From NCBI GenBank assembly GCA_002269645.1, contig NIVC01000152.1, positions 901,176 through 965,175 on the forward strand: a stretch of DNA of 64,000 nucleotides, written 5' to 3'. The position numbers were made by a program, and so were the translations under genes. This document shows, piece after piece, positions 25,283 to 42,829 of this stretch. Numbering within the stretch: position 1 is the first letter of the stretch; the number at the start of each line of letters is the position of its first letter. Source of the stretch: Macrostomum lignano. Taxonomy: Eukaryota. The notes beneath the pieces are model-generated. The model was not told where the DNA came from, did no database searches, and saw only the letters and a program-made list of their open reading frames with translations.

Positions 25283-25948
25283 GCAATCCTTCAGTTTCCC
25301 GCTCTAAATTATCAAAGAGCTTGCGTGCACGGCAGCCGTTCACGTAAGCTCAGAATTGCGTGCACGGCGGCTATCTACCTAGTGCTTTATTTGCATGTAT
25401 GCAGCCGTCCACCTAGTGTTGTGATTGCGTGCACGGCAGCCGGCAATTGGCCGGGACTGGGGCCCTTAAATCCATGCATTGGCATTGGCAAACCTAATTA
25501 AAAAATATTTTTACTATATTGTTTTATAATGTTTTATTCCCCGTACACCATGGACGGACTGCAAATGTAATCTTAATTCATTGTTATTTTTGTTAACTTG
25601 AATATTAATTCGAATAGTATATGACTTACTATATAAGCCTATAAGATATAGCTCTGCCGTGCACGCAATTCTGAGCTTACGTGAACGGCGGCCGTGCACG
25701 CAAGCTCTTCGCTAAATTATTTAAACCCCTTTTTGAACATTCAGAGTCTGACTAGCTCACAGAGTTCTTGCAAGAGTTAAAAGAGTTCTACATAGGGTAG
25801 TAGTGTGTTATCCAGTAGAGGATATTGCCAAAGTGCTGATGGGGGAAAGCTCGGCAAATGGTTGACCATCAGATGGTTGGCCAACGTGTTGTAGGTGGCC
25901 TATTGGTCCAGGGTTTAAATAATTTAGAGCGGGAAACCAAAGGATCGC
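25283..25948. mobile_element. MITE with ~38-bp TIRs; the left TIR is split by a second element
   Basis: The right end reverse-complements to GCGATCCTTTGGTTTCCCGCTCTAAATTATTTAAACCC, which is reconstituted on the left after removing 25313-25720. Confidence 0.75.
25313..25711. mobile_element. Mutator-like MITE, 399 bp
   Basis: ~55-bp TIRs (AGAGCTTGCGTGCACGGC..CGTTCACGTAAGCTCAGAATTGCGTGCACGGC); exact 9-bp TSD CTAAATTAT (25304-25312, 25712-25720). Confidence 0.88.
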
Positions 25949-26099
25949 TGTTAGGCCTAGTTCAAGCCAAGGGCTAGGCAAACCTCTTGATTTAGCACAA
26001 TCTACCTATAAGCTATGTTGAGGCAAAAGGTTGTCCACCAGCCATTTTTAAGTAGAAACCACTTATTTGCAGTATTTGCAGCTTAGCAGCAAAATATTT

Positions 26100-26350
26100 C
26101 TAACCCCAAATTGGAAAATCCCTCTTTTTAAAGCCACATGGTACAAACTAAATTGCAGAAATGGTTTAGTCTTTCCCTATTTTCCTTAACTAGCTTTGTG
26201 CGACTAACATCCAGCATGTGGCCAATATTCATTCTAGATAGCAGGGCATTGGCTTTGATCACAAAGTCACTTCTGTGGTAGTCACACTGCAAATGTTTCT
26301 TCAACTTTGTTGTGATAACATTGAACTTAGTGCATAAAGGCATGGATTAT
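26100..26350 (-). pseudogene. Possible decayed hAT-derived/ZMYM1-like transposase fragment
   Basis: KLKKHLQCDYH..IGHMLD..LVKENRERL resembles the K.H..S..H / I..NR..L segment of such proteins. Flanks contain stops. Confidence 0.35.
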
Positions 26351-26559
26351 TTGCCCATAGATGGCAAAGTTGGTTGGAAGAAAGAGAATGCAATACCTGA
26401 AGGTAAGAGAAATGGTTAGAATGGTAAGAGTAAGTATTAAGTCCATGCCTCAAGACTAGATCCAGATGTTGAGAGTACAATAATATCAATCTAGAATAGA
26501 TAGGCCTTATCTGTCAACATGATTCTGTTTCACTTCCTCTTCCTCTTGCCTTTGGGTTC

Positions 26560-27986
26560 TTGTTTATATAGGCATAGCAATCATCTTTCCCTAGGCTTAA
26601 GTGTTATTTGTTTTAATTTGCCCAACAATTTATTTAAACAAAGGCTCAATTTCCATTGGCTATTAGCCTCAATCTCCCTGTTGACCATTCCTAGCCTTCC
26701 TTTGATAGCTAAAATCTAATTAGCTAGTCTACTCATCTTTTTCTCATCCAATGAAGTCCCAACTTGTTTGCTTTGGTTTTGTCCCTTACCTTTGCTATCA
26801 ACTTCCCTTAGGCCCCCTACTTAGTACTTTAGTTCTTCTATATAATAGATTCTATACAGAGACTAGCCTTTTCAGATAGCATTGGCATCTACAAGCTATT
26901 TGGGGGCTTGGTCTAATTGCACATGTTATACCTTTTAGCTGGTATTATGTCATCTTGTTCCTTATTTTGCTCATCGCTTTCTTATTTCCTCACTTTCTTT
27001 CTCTTTCATGCTCAAGCTCCGATTCTTCTCCCTTTCCACTTTCCTCAATCTCTTCTTTCAAGCTGTTATACTTGGTATTCTCTCCTTTGCTTCCTTCCTT
27101 TCTAATTTCTACTTCTGTGCCTACCTCTAAATCACTTCCTCATTAAATTATTTCTATCATAGAACTTGCATTGCCAATTAATTTAGCCTTCATCATCTGA
27201 TAATGATGGCTCTACTTCTTGTTTATTGATCTTCTTAGTTGATCTAATTTTTGTCTTCTTCCTAGGCTGGCTTCCCTTGCAAATTGCCTTTGTCCCTTGG
27301 CCTCCCATGCCTTGAAGCTTTGCAGTTGGCATACTGGGCTGGTGCTTGGCTTCCCTTATCTATTCATTCTTTCACTGAATTCAATACTAGTGTCATGTTG
27401 TCTCAGTGCACTACTAAGTTTATTACCTAATACTTCACTATTCTCTTCTTTCTAAATTTAAAAAACTATATATCCAAAATTTGCTTTAGCACTAGAGGTT
27501 GGATGGGATCCCGATCCCGATCCCGAAATCTCGGGATTCCGAGGAAAATTGAATTCCCGTGGGACCAGAATCCCGACCCTAAAAAACTCGAGATTCGGGA
27601 ACAGGTCTTTCGATTAATAATTTATAGAATTAGTGATTACTTGAAGGTATTTTGCTTTAACTTGTACTCGTTACATTATTTACTTTGTTGGTTACAAAAT
27701 TTCATATCAATTTCGTTGTGTTTTACTTCTTGATCTTGACAATCTTTTCTCAATTTTGTTTAACTTTACATGGACAATACACTAAAAGACCTGATCCCGA
27801 TTCCCGAATCTCGATCCCGATCCCAATCCCGAGAAAAAAATTATTCCCGATCCTGATCCTACCCGAAGATTTCAATCCTGTCCGACCTCTATTTAGCACT
27901 CTATAAGCTGCTCTTCTCTTTCTATGAAACTTGTGCAATTCCTCGTTCTCTAGTTGCAGATTGTTGATCAGCACCAAACTTCTTAG
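26560..27986 (-). pseudogene. Possible decayed LINE ORF1-like coding sequence, host of two hAT insertions
   Basis: The minus strand is purine-rich and gives Lys/Glu-rich, coiled-coil-like peptides with scattered stops. The frame LRSLVLINNLQLENEELHKF..AYRVLKQILD is continuous across the 27493-27891 insertion. Confidence 0.3.
27493..27891. mobile_element. hAT MITE, 399 bp, with CCCGAT subterminal repeats
   Basis: TIRs TAGAGGTTGGA and TCCGACCTCTA; exact 8-bp TSD TTTAGCAC (27485-27492, 27892-27899). Confidence 0.9.
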
Positions 27987-29195
27987 TAGGGGTCGGATGT
28001 GATCACGATTGTGATCACAATTTTGTGAATTCACGACCATTTTTTTCACGATTGTTATTTCCTTGAAACCCATTCACGACCGCTTCCGGACATTTGCCCT
28101 CCGGCACTTCCCCTCCGGCACTTGCCCTCCGGCACTTCCCCTCGGCGGCGTTTGCCCTCCGGACATTTGCCCTCCGGGACATTTCCCCTCCGGACATTTG
28201 CCCTCCGGACATTTCCCCTCGGGGACATTTGCCCTCGGGGACATTTGCCCTCCGGACATTTGCCCTCCGGCACTTCCCCTCCGGCACTTGCCCTCCGGCA
28301 CTTCCCCTCGGCGGCGTTTGCCCTCCGGACATTTGCCCTCCGGGACATTTCCCCTCCGGACATTTGCCCTCCGGACATTTCCCCTCGGGGACATTTGCCC
28401 TCGGGGACATTTGCCCTCCGGACATTTGCCCTCCGGACATTTGCCCTCTGGACATTTCCCCTCCGCACATTTGCCCTCTGCAAATTTACCCCCTCGCACA
28501 TTACTCACCTCACCTCCTCCTGTACCCACCCGTCGTTCCTCCAGCACCAACCTCATCCTCCCGCCTCTTGCATCCATCAGGTTCTTCTCCAGCCAACAAC
28601 TCATCCTTTTCTAGTAAGCAATATATACCCGCGCCCTACCCTATCCCCAGCCTTACCTGTAATTTTCCAGAGGGGAAATGTCCGGAGGGCAAATGTCCGG
28701 AGGGGAAATGTCCCCAAGGGCAAATGTCCCCGAGGGCAAATGTCCGGAGGGCAAATGTCCCCGAGGGCAAATGTCCTCGAGGGCAAATGTCCTCAAGGGC
28801 AAATGTCCGGAGGGGAAATGCCGGAGGGCAAATGTCCGGAGGGCAAATGCCGGAGGGCAAATGTCCGGTAGCCATTTACGACAGTCGTGAATTTCCGCTT
28901 TATTACATTTTTATTAGAAGTATAACTTTTCTAGTTGGTTTACCAAAATATATGAACACACATGTGTAAAAGAGTAATAAATTTTAATTTTGTTGACTTG
29001 ACAGCATTACTGAGTACTATTATCAATTTATAAATATTTCTTTTCTTGTTTTGTTATTTTCAACACTTGTAACTTACGAGCTCAAAATATGTGTATGCAA
29101 ATATAAATTCACAATCACAATCACGATCACGCCCGACTTTAAAAATTTTACGAAATTTCATGCCCGACCAAATTTTTCTGCTCATCCGACCTCTA
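27987..29195. mobile_element. hAT non-autonomous element, 1209 bp, with CACGAT subterminal repeats and a foldback insert
   Basis: TIRs TAGGGGTCGGATG and CATCCGACCTCTA; exact 8-bp TSD CTTCTTAG (27979-27986, 29196-29203). Confidence 0.9.
28072..28893. mobile_element. Foldback-type element with modular 15-bp arms (GGACATTTGCCCTCC)n ... (GGAGGGCAAATGTCC)n
   Basis: The 28085-28490 array is inverted relative to 28670-28870, around a ~180-bp spacer; ends are TTCACGAC and GTCGTGAA. Confidence 0.8.
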
Positions 29196-29631
29196 CTTCT
29201 TAGTTCAATGTTAGTATAGCATATTGGTTAGGTAGGTAGATATAGATATCAACTTTAATGTATTATGATAGACATATTGCTTTCTTAGTTGCTAGCATTC
29301 AGAATGTCAACTCTTGGGGCTTATGGCCATAGTCTTTGTTCCTCTTTATATATATATATATAGGTTGGTCTGCATTGCCATTGTTTATACCTTTTTGCAT
29401 TGCTGATACACTACCAGTGAATGATAGCTAGCTTCTAAAATTTTAACCTCTAAAATCAAACTGGCCAACACACTATGTAAAGTTTTGATTGAAAAAATTG
29501 ATTACTAGAAAGCTGTTAACTTTTGACTTGGCCAATAACAAATAAATATAATAAGATTCTATGCTATACTACAAAGTTCCCTTTTCTTATAACAATCTCA
29601 CATTCTTAAAGATAATTTTGCACTAGATATA

Positions 29632-30250
29632 CAAGAGTTGTCCCAGAAATAGTGGGAAAACTGGTATAGAGGCTGACTGTGATATTCAAATTTGATGCAA
29701 TCTGTGTCATAAGTAGAAAAAATCCAACTGTTATTTTGCTTTTTAAATGGAGTAAAAATGTCAATTCATTCAAAAGTTATGCCTATAATTAGAACAAGGG
29801 GTAGGGGGTAAAGTTACACCAAGTTGAGGGGTCTGCAAAGTCAGTCACACAGCATTGCCATTGCCCTTGACTAATGACTTTTTGACAAAGTCATTCCTCA
29901 GCCTGCAGCTGTTCTGCTTCTGCTTCTGCTTCAGATTAGCTTCTGCTTTTTTTGAGAGCTTATGTGCTCTTTTGTTTCTCTTCAGCTTCTTTGTTTGCTT
30001 TTGATGGTTCTGACTAAACATCAAAAGTTTAATCTATGGCCAGCATAGTAGGCTCAATTTGGTGTAACTCTACCCCTACCCCTTGTTCTAATTATAGGCA
30101 TAACTTTTGAATGAATTGACATTTTTACCCCATTTAAAAAGCAAAACAACCGTTGGATTTTTTCTACTTATGAAACAAGTTGCATCAAATTTAAATATCA
30201 CAGTCAGCCTCTGTACTGGTTTTTCCCACTATTTCTGGGACAGCCCTTTG
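29632..30250. mobile_element. Tc1/mariner-type MITE, 619 bp, with ~200-bp TIRs
   Basis: TA|CAAGAGTTGTCCCAGAAATAGTGGGAAAA ... TTTTCCCACTATTTCTGGGACAGCCCTTTG|TA; TA TSD. Confidence 0.88.
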
Positions 30251-30893
30251 TATATGTAAACATATAATGTGTTAATATAAGAATGTTATAATTTGTTACC
30301 ATTAATTTTATCTTCCTAAAGTATAAGACTTTTCTCACGCGATTTAAAAAAATATTTTTTGTCACTAGTCTAATAAAGCAAACAGTTTCTAGAAAAAATA
30401 TTTGGCCATTTCAACCAGTTAAAAACCTGATAGAAGTTAATTTGTCCTACAATCATTTGTCTAGGTCACAGTCAAATCAAAGCAAATAAACAAATCCAGA
30501 CACTTACTGAAAAGTAGGAAAGTTTGTCAAATTTGTCATATTATTTGTCATTTTCTTCAACCACACACAACTGTCTTGAAATTTTTTATTAAGCATCAAA
30601 AAAGTCCTTCAATTTGTCTCAGATTATGGTAGCTGCTATAGTGATGCTTCTCTTTAAAAATTGCTTTCTATTATCTATAGTAAAAAGATCAATTTATAGC
30701 TGGTAGTTAGCTAAAGCCTAAAAATCTGTTAAGATCTTTTGTTAATTCTTCACAATGTATCTTTAACTCATCTAGATTATTTACGTGTTCCTATCTGCAC
30801 ATATTGAGTTTAAAGGCATTATGCCCCATTTTTAATTCATGCCATCTCCCATGTAAGCCTGCACGCCTCCAACTTCAGTGACCTTTCTGAACG

Positions 30894-31451
30894 ATGGGCC
30901 GGTACAGCGTTAAGCCAGAGAGCGCCGCAAAATGCGCCAAGGCGCGCGGCTCTTACTTGCGCGTGCACTTTAAAAATACCCGCGAAACCGCCGGCGCTGT
31001 GCGCGGCATGGCGCTAAAACGGGCGCAGCGATTTTTAAAGAACGTCATCTCCAAGAAGGAGATTGTCCCCTTCAGGCGGTTCATGGGCGGCACTGGCCGG
31101 CACGCGCAGTCCAAGGTCTGGGGCACAGCCACCGGTCGTTGGCCGAAAAAGTCCTGCGAATTTCTTCTACAATTGTTGAAGAATTGCGAAAGCAACGCCG
31201 AGTTTAAAGGCCTCGACGCCGATCATTTGGTTATTGATCACATCCAGGTCAACCGGGCGCCCAAAATGCGTCGCAGGACCTACCGAGCCCACGGCCGCAT
31301 CGGGCCCTACATGTCCTCGCCATGCCACGTTGAGGTCATCTTGAACGAGAAGGAGCAGGTGGTCGCCCGCGCCGCCGACACAGAGGAGACGTCCGCGAAG
31401 AAGAAAGAAAGCAAGAAGAAGCTGAAGAAGGCTAAGCTGCGCGGCGAATGA
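30894..31451 (+). CDS. RPL17: 60S ribosomal protein L17 (uL22), intronless CDS
   Basis: Intact 185-aa ORF with [25 protein letters not shown] and [32 protein letters not shown]. Confidence 0.98.
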   Translation: MGRYSVKPESAAKCAKARGSYLRVHFKNTRETAGAVRGMALKRAQRFLKNVISKKEIVPFRRFMGGTGRHAQSKVWGTATGRWPKKSCEFLLQLLKNCESNAEFKGLDADHLVIDHIQVNRAPKMRRRTYRAHGRIGPYMSSPCHVEVILNEKEQVVARAADTEETSAKKKESKKKLKKAKLRGE

Positions 31452-32069
31452 ATTAATTGAGAGAGAGAGAGAGAGAGAACTTGACGTCTTCAATAGCAAG
31501 TTCATGATGGTAGTTGTTGATTGTGTTTCCTAGCCTGGTTTGTTAACAAAGTGGATTGCTTAGTTTTTTTGAAACCTAATACGATCGAAAATATAGCGAG
31601 TTGCAGCAAATTATAATCTGAGCAAGTGAAATGTGCTCTCTTGGAAATGTTTTTGTTTGCCTTTGGCTTATCTGATTTATTTTTGAAAACTGGTCACAGA
31701 CTAGATTACGAGCACAAACAGATATTCCCTTAATCTATTGTTGTATTCAATAACATAGATCTTAAATTATGCAGATTTACGTTTGATTAATAGTTTACGA
31801 GTATCGAGCTAAATTGTTTTAAAGACCGACAGACAGGCGAAGCCAGATTTTTGTTGTAGGGCTGATCCCATACTCTCTGTGCAGACGACAACTAAGCTTG
31901 TTTTTTCAGCACAGTCGAACAGGGAATGTCAGCGCATGAACTGTAGAAGACGTCTGACACCATTTCTAAAAACAGTTGTTCAACTTATAGTACCTGCGAT
32001 CCGTAAGCCTAAAAATTTCCTGGTGAATTTGCGCTGCTGGTGTCCCTCGATGCAAATTCTTTGCTCCAT

Positions 32070-32295
32070 GGTTTGTAGCATAGAGGTTAGAGCGTCGGAC
32101 TTTCGACTGAAAGGTCGGGGGTTCGATTCTCGTCCTCCTGGGAACAATATGTGTCCTTGAGCAATCCACTTACTCTGCATTGCTTCAGTTCACCCAGCTG
32201 TAAAATGGGTGCCAGCATTAGCTGGGGTAATTGAGGGTGTGTGTGGCGACCCCCCAGTCCTTGGACTGAACAGCCGGCTGTACGCAGCCTTCAGA
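32070..32295 (+). mobile_element. tRNA-derived CORE-SINE (family B)
   Basis: tRNA-like head with an A-box (TAGCATAGAGG) and B-box GGTTCGATTC (32120-32129). It is followed by GTGTCCTTGAGCAATCCACTTACTCTG..CTTCAGTT..CTGTAAAATGGG (32151-32210), which aligns with the MIR CORE domain. Confidence 0.8.
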
Positions 32296-32329
32296 TGCGC
32301 CACGCAATAGCTGCGGTTGAGCTGTCGGT

Positions 32330-33150
32330 TGCACATCTGCCATCAGGGCAAGGTGTAATCAACAACAAAATACGTTGTCAGCCAGTCAATCGAGGCAAAG
32401 ACGTCACATGGCGCGAACGTAGGCCGCACCGGCACCGCCGGCAGTGTCCAGGGCGCCGGCATCAGCCAGCAGGCAGTCGATGATACGCTGAGTGCGTGCC
32501 TGTCCCCGCCGGTAAGGTGCCTAGCGTCAGCAGCATCACCTCTTGCACCGGTTGCTGGCAGTAGGACGATCGGCTCGGACGATGTGCTAGCTGGAGTCGC
32601 CGACGGCGCAACAGTTCGCTGAGGCGGGACGCCGGTGCGGCGATAGAGTGCCGCGTTGACTCTCTCGTAGCCTATCTTGAAGGCGGCACGCAGCAGGCCA
32701 GCGTGCGCCGCATCGACCCGCTGTTCGAGCGATTCCGTCAGCGTCTAGGTCTCGGCGTTGTACAACTGGACGGTCTCGATCACCGCCTGGAACAGCGCCG
32801 CCAACGGGCGTCATGCAGGCAGGGCCTCGGACTGCAGGACAGCCTTCTAGAAACGAGAGGCAGCCCAGGCAAGTCCGCGGCGGTGTCAGATCCTCGCAAC
32901 CATCAGGCAACAGACCGCATCGGCAGACGAACTACTGATAGTGCGGACGCTTCCTCACCTGCCCGTCAGCGCCTCGGCAAAACTGCAGATCATCGGCGTA
33001 GTCAAGCACGCTGAGACGCCTCTCCGGTTGGCGTCGACCGACGCGTCGCTGTAGCAGGAAGCCATCGTCCCTTGGAAGAGCGGTCTGCAGCACCCAGTCA
33101 AGCACCAGGACGAACAGGAACCCCGATTGGCCCATTTTTCGTCTATAATA
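32330..33150 (-). mobile_element. Frameshifted RTE-clade LINE reverse transcriptase remnant
   Basis: FLFVLVLDWVLQTALP..LSVLDYADD (YADD at 33000-32989), then LFQAVIETV.LYNAET*TLTESLEQRVDAAHAGLLRAAF. Several stops and frameshifts. Confidence 0.88.
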
Positions 33151-33473
33151 GGCAGATTCCGGGAGTTTTTGGGATATGATTGCTTTCACAAGCTCAAGAT
33201 TTCACATCATCGGAAAAGTATTGTTGATCACTCTACGCTCGTAAAACAATGCGGAAACATCATAAGATCGAAGTTTTACATCGTCCAATAATCTTGCTTG
33301 TTAACTTCACTGGAGCGAAACTTTTACAAGCTCAAGCACATCGTCGAAATCGTGAGATCGAAATCGTTAAAAGTTGTGAGATAGCGGAAATTACTCTAAC
33401 AAGACTTTGAAGGTGTGAAATTTCGAGCCTGTGTATAAGCGTCAGAATACTCATACGAAAGTTCTTTTAATTC

Positions 33474-39092
<5,619 letters not shown>

Positions 39093-39804
39093 GGCTCTGC
39101 ATAGAACTGTCAGGCAGGCTTAACTAAAAGCATGGATGCTCGAATGCAAGAACTTTTTATTCGGGCCTGTTTTGCAGACAGTGTAAAAGCTAAACTTTGG
39201 TCGTTTAACAATCAGAAGAATTGTTCTCCTTATCAAAGGACAAATAGGAGTTGAGCGTGCAAGTCTGTTTTTTCTCCAAAGTATTTTTAAACGAAAAGAA
39301 CAAAAACTCGAGCGGAACAAAACCTGTTTGCAAAACTCTGCAAATAAGTCTATCAATGAACCGTTCTTCCATGCCAAAAGAGGAAATTCTTGTGTTGACC
39401 TTCTCATGACCCTGTTGTATTTTACTTTGAACTCCTCGCTGTCTGAAGCACAGCCTCCATTCTAGGGTCTCGTCAAAATCCATTTGGTTTTTTTTCGCTT
39501 GTACAGCATTCTAACCAGACTGTTTTCTTTGTTGCCTGAATTCTGCTACATGTGTATTCAATAATCATTTTTTCTTTCTCAGGCAAAAAACACAACAAGG
39601 CGCTTATTAATTTGCCTGTCAATTCAATTCATTCTTTTTTGCATCTTTTATTAAAATAATTTAAAAATCACTGTGGATCAGCGAACTCGGCAGTGCAGCC
39701 TAGGGAAGATGTTATTGGGATGACAAGATGATTATGGGGGAATTCTGCAGAATCTGGAGCTTCAATTGAATTTCAGCCAAGCTCAAAAGTTCGATTTTAC
39801 GATA

Positions 39805-41065
39805 CGGTCACATCAACACACTGGCTAGCCTGTGCTCAGCGGTACGGTCACATCAACACACTGGCTAGCCTGTGCTCAGCGGTACGGTCACATCAACACA
39901 CTGGCTAGCCTGTGCTCAGCGATGCGGTCACATCAACACACTGGCTAGCTTGTGCTCAGCGGTGCGGTCACATCAACACACTGGCTAGCCTGTGCTCAGC
40001 GGAGCGGTCACATCAACACACTGGCTAGCCTGTGCTCAGCGGAGCGGTCACATCAACACACTGGCTAGCCTGTGCTCAGCGGTGCGGTCACATCAACACA
40101 CTGGCTAGCCTGTGCTCAGCGGTGCGGTCACATCAACACACTGGCTAGCCTGTGCTCAGCGGAGCGGTCACATCAACACACTGGCTAGCCTGTGCTCAGC
40201 GGTGCGGTCACATCAACACACTGCATGGCTAGCCTGTGCTCAGCGGTGCGGTCACATCAACACACTGGCTAGCCTGTGCTCAGCGGAGCGGTCACATCAA
40301 CACACTGGCTAGCCTGTGCTCAGCGGAGCGGTCACATCAACACACTGGCTAGCCTGTGCTCAGCGGAGCGGTCACATCAACACACTGCATGGCTAGCCTG
40401 TGCTCAGCGGTGCGGTCACATCAACACACTGCATGGCTAGCCTGTGCTCAGCGGTGCGGTCACATCAACACACTGGCTAGCCTGTGCTCAGCGGTGCGGT
40501 CACATCAACACACTGCATGGCTAGCCTGTGCTCAGCGGTGCGGTCACATCAACACACTGCATGGCTAGCCTGTGCTCAGCGGTGCGGTCACATCAACACA
40601 CTGGCTAGCCTGTGCTCAGCGGTGCGGTCACATCAACACACTGGCTAGCCTGTGCTCAGCGGTGCGGTCACATCAAAACACTGGCTAGCCTGTGCTCAGC
40701 GGTGCGGTCACATCAACACACTGCATGGCTAGCCTGTGCTCAGCGGTGCGGTCACATCAACACACTGGCTAGCCTGTGCTCAGCGGTGCGGTCACATCAA
40801 CACACTGCATGGCTAGCCTGTGCTCAGCGGAGCGGTCACATCAACACACTGCATGGCTAGCCTGTGCTCAGCGGTGCGGTCACATCAACACACTGCATGG
40901 CTAGCCTGTGCTCAGCGGTGCGGTCACATCAACACACTGGCTAGCCTGTGCTCAGCGGTGCGGTCACATCAACACACTGCATGGCTAGCCTGTGCTCAGC
41001 GGTGCGGTCACATCAACACACTGGCTAGCCTGTGCTCAGCGGTGCGGTCACATCAAAACACTGGC
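39805..41065. repeat. 40/44-bp minisatellite (CGGTCACATCAACACACTG[CATG]GCTAGCCTGTGCTCAGCGGTG), ~30 units
   Basis: Two unit lengths differing by a CATG insertion are interspersed. Confidence 0.97.
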
Positions 41066-42156
41066 AAGCATGTAGGCAGCGGGTCGACTGTGTCCAATAG
41101 AATCACCCCCTGCACATCGGCAATAGAAGAGGCTCTATAATAGCTATAGATCTGACGCTAGTTCCTAAAGTCAATAATTTATCCAGGAACTGTAACTTGA
41201 TTCTCCTTTTTCTAACTTTGTGACAGGATCGATTGAAACGATTTTATAAAGCGGTCATTACTCCCTCTTACTATATTCTTCCGGGTAAGAACTTCAAAGT
41301 AAAATAAGTTATCAGTTCGTTATGATCAACAAGGAAAAATGAATTTTACTTATAATTTTTATTAAAATGTCAGCAAATTTTTCAGGTTTGGTCAATTGCA
41401 GACAAGAGCGCTCTCACCACATACTTTTTAATATAAACATATAACATATAAACACTGAATTGAAAATCAGAAGATTGAAATGATAAGTTTTATGATCAGT
41501 TTGTTCACACTGCTAATGACCTAACCGTCACTCTAATGTCAGAAATCACTGCGGCAATCAGTGACCTACGAAAAGCCTCCACAAATACAAGTTTTATGAT
41601 AAGTGAGGAACAAGGACAACTAGAAAGGGGGATGGGAAACGCCTCAGATTATACAGAAAAAGCTTGAAGGCCTATTCATTTCTATTGTGTCAATTATAGC
41701 GTAATTATGTGTCTACGGCTGCAATCCCATGACCGGAATCCCATTAACAAGTCCTCTCCAAATCCACCAAAATCCTCTCTGTGAAACAGAAACCCGTCAA
41801 AATCCTCCCGTGAAACCGAAATCCATCAAAATCCTCTCCGTAACAAAATCCTCTCCGTGAAACAGAGACCCATCAAAATCCTAAAAGGGAAAGAACTCCC
41901 ATCTCCAGAATTTCATTCCCTGAAATCAATCAGGTGAATCCCATGACCCGAATCCCATCATCCAAATGCATCAGAATCCTCTCCGTGAGACAGAACTCCA
42001 TTGAATTCCTCTTCGTGAGGCTGAAATTCATCAAAATCCCTTTTGATAAACTAAAATGTATCAATATAATCTTCGTCAAGCTGCAAAAAATCAATATGAA
42101 CAATAATATCTCCATCAAATTGCAGAAAATCAAGACTGAACAGAAAGCCTGACTTA

Positions 42157-42569
42157 AAAGAAAGACATATAGATTTCAAAGAAAGACATCTAGATTTCAA
42201 AGAAAGACATCTAGATTTCAAAGAAAGACATCTAGATTTCAAAGAAAGACATCTAGATTTCAATGAAAGACATCTAGATTTCAAAGAAAGACATCTAGAT
42301 TTCAAAGAAAGACATCTAGATTTCAAAGAAAGACATCTAGATTTCAATGAAAGACATCTAGATTTCAAAGAAAGACATCTAGATTTCAAAGAAAGACATC
42401 TAGATTTCAAAGAAAGACATCTAGATTTCAATGAAAGACATCTAGATTTCAAAGATAGACATCTAGATTTCAAAGAAAGACATCTAGATTTCAAAGACAG
42501 ACATCTATATTTCAAAGAAAGACATCTATAGATTTCAAAGAAAGACATCTAGATTTCAAAGACAGACAT
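42157..42569. repeat. 21-bp minisatellite (AGATTTCAAAGAAAGACATCT)
   Basis: Direct inspection; it explains the SLKSRCL ORF. Confidence 0.97.
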
Positions 42570-42829
42570 TTCCCCATCCGTTCCCCATCTCACTCTCGTC
42601 CCAATCTCGTCCCGCAGCGAAGTTTTCCTACGATGGTTTTGCATGTGCCTTTTTAACGCCCCTGAATCCATGGACCGCTTTTATTTTTTCTGCCTCCTGC
42701 TAGAGAGAATCATAAAATGAGAATGTGACTAAAACAATCTGTGTCCCTGTTGGGAAGGCAACACAAAATTAGTAACTTTTTTTAAATAAAACTACATGTA
42801 GCTTTTCAACTTGTACATGTACAGTCACT

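Noticed and set aside
28015-28969. ORFs with PEGKC / GHLPSG repeats
   Set aside because: These are translations of 15-bp foldback modules, open in many frames on both strands.
31910-32001. Candidate phase 1-1 exon (TTTTCAG..GTAAG) upstream of the orphan gene
   Set aside because: The splice signals are good, but there is no homology or compositional support to attach it.
32070-32145. Functional tRNA gene
   Set aside because: The acceptor stem does not pair, and the sequence runs directly into a CORE domain, so it is a SINE head.
41470-41666. ~60-codon open frame (DQFVHTANDLTVTLMSEITAAISDL..)
   Set aside because: There is no clear start or acceptor, and no family recognised.
42051-42548. SLKSRCL-repeat ORF (likewise 49849-50400, 52473-53670, 63541-63942, 40112-41140, 4804-5087)
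   Set aside because: They are by-products of tandem repeats lacking stop codons, with no splice or codon-usage support.
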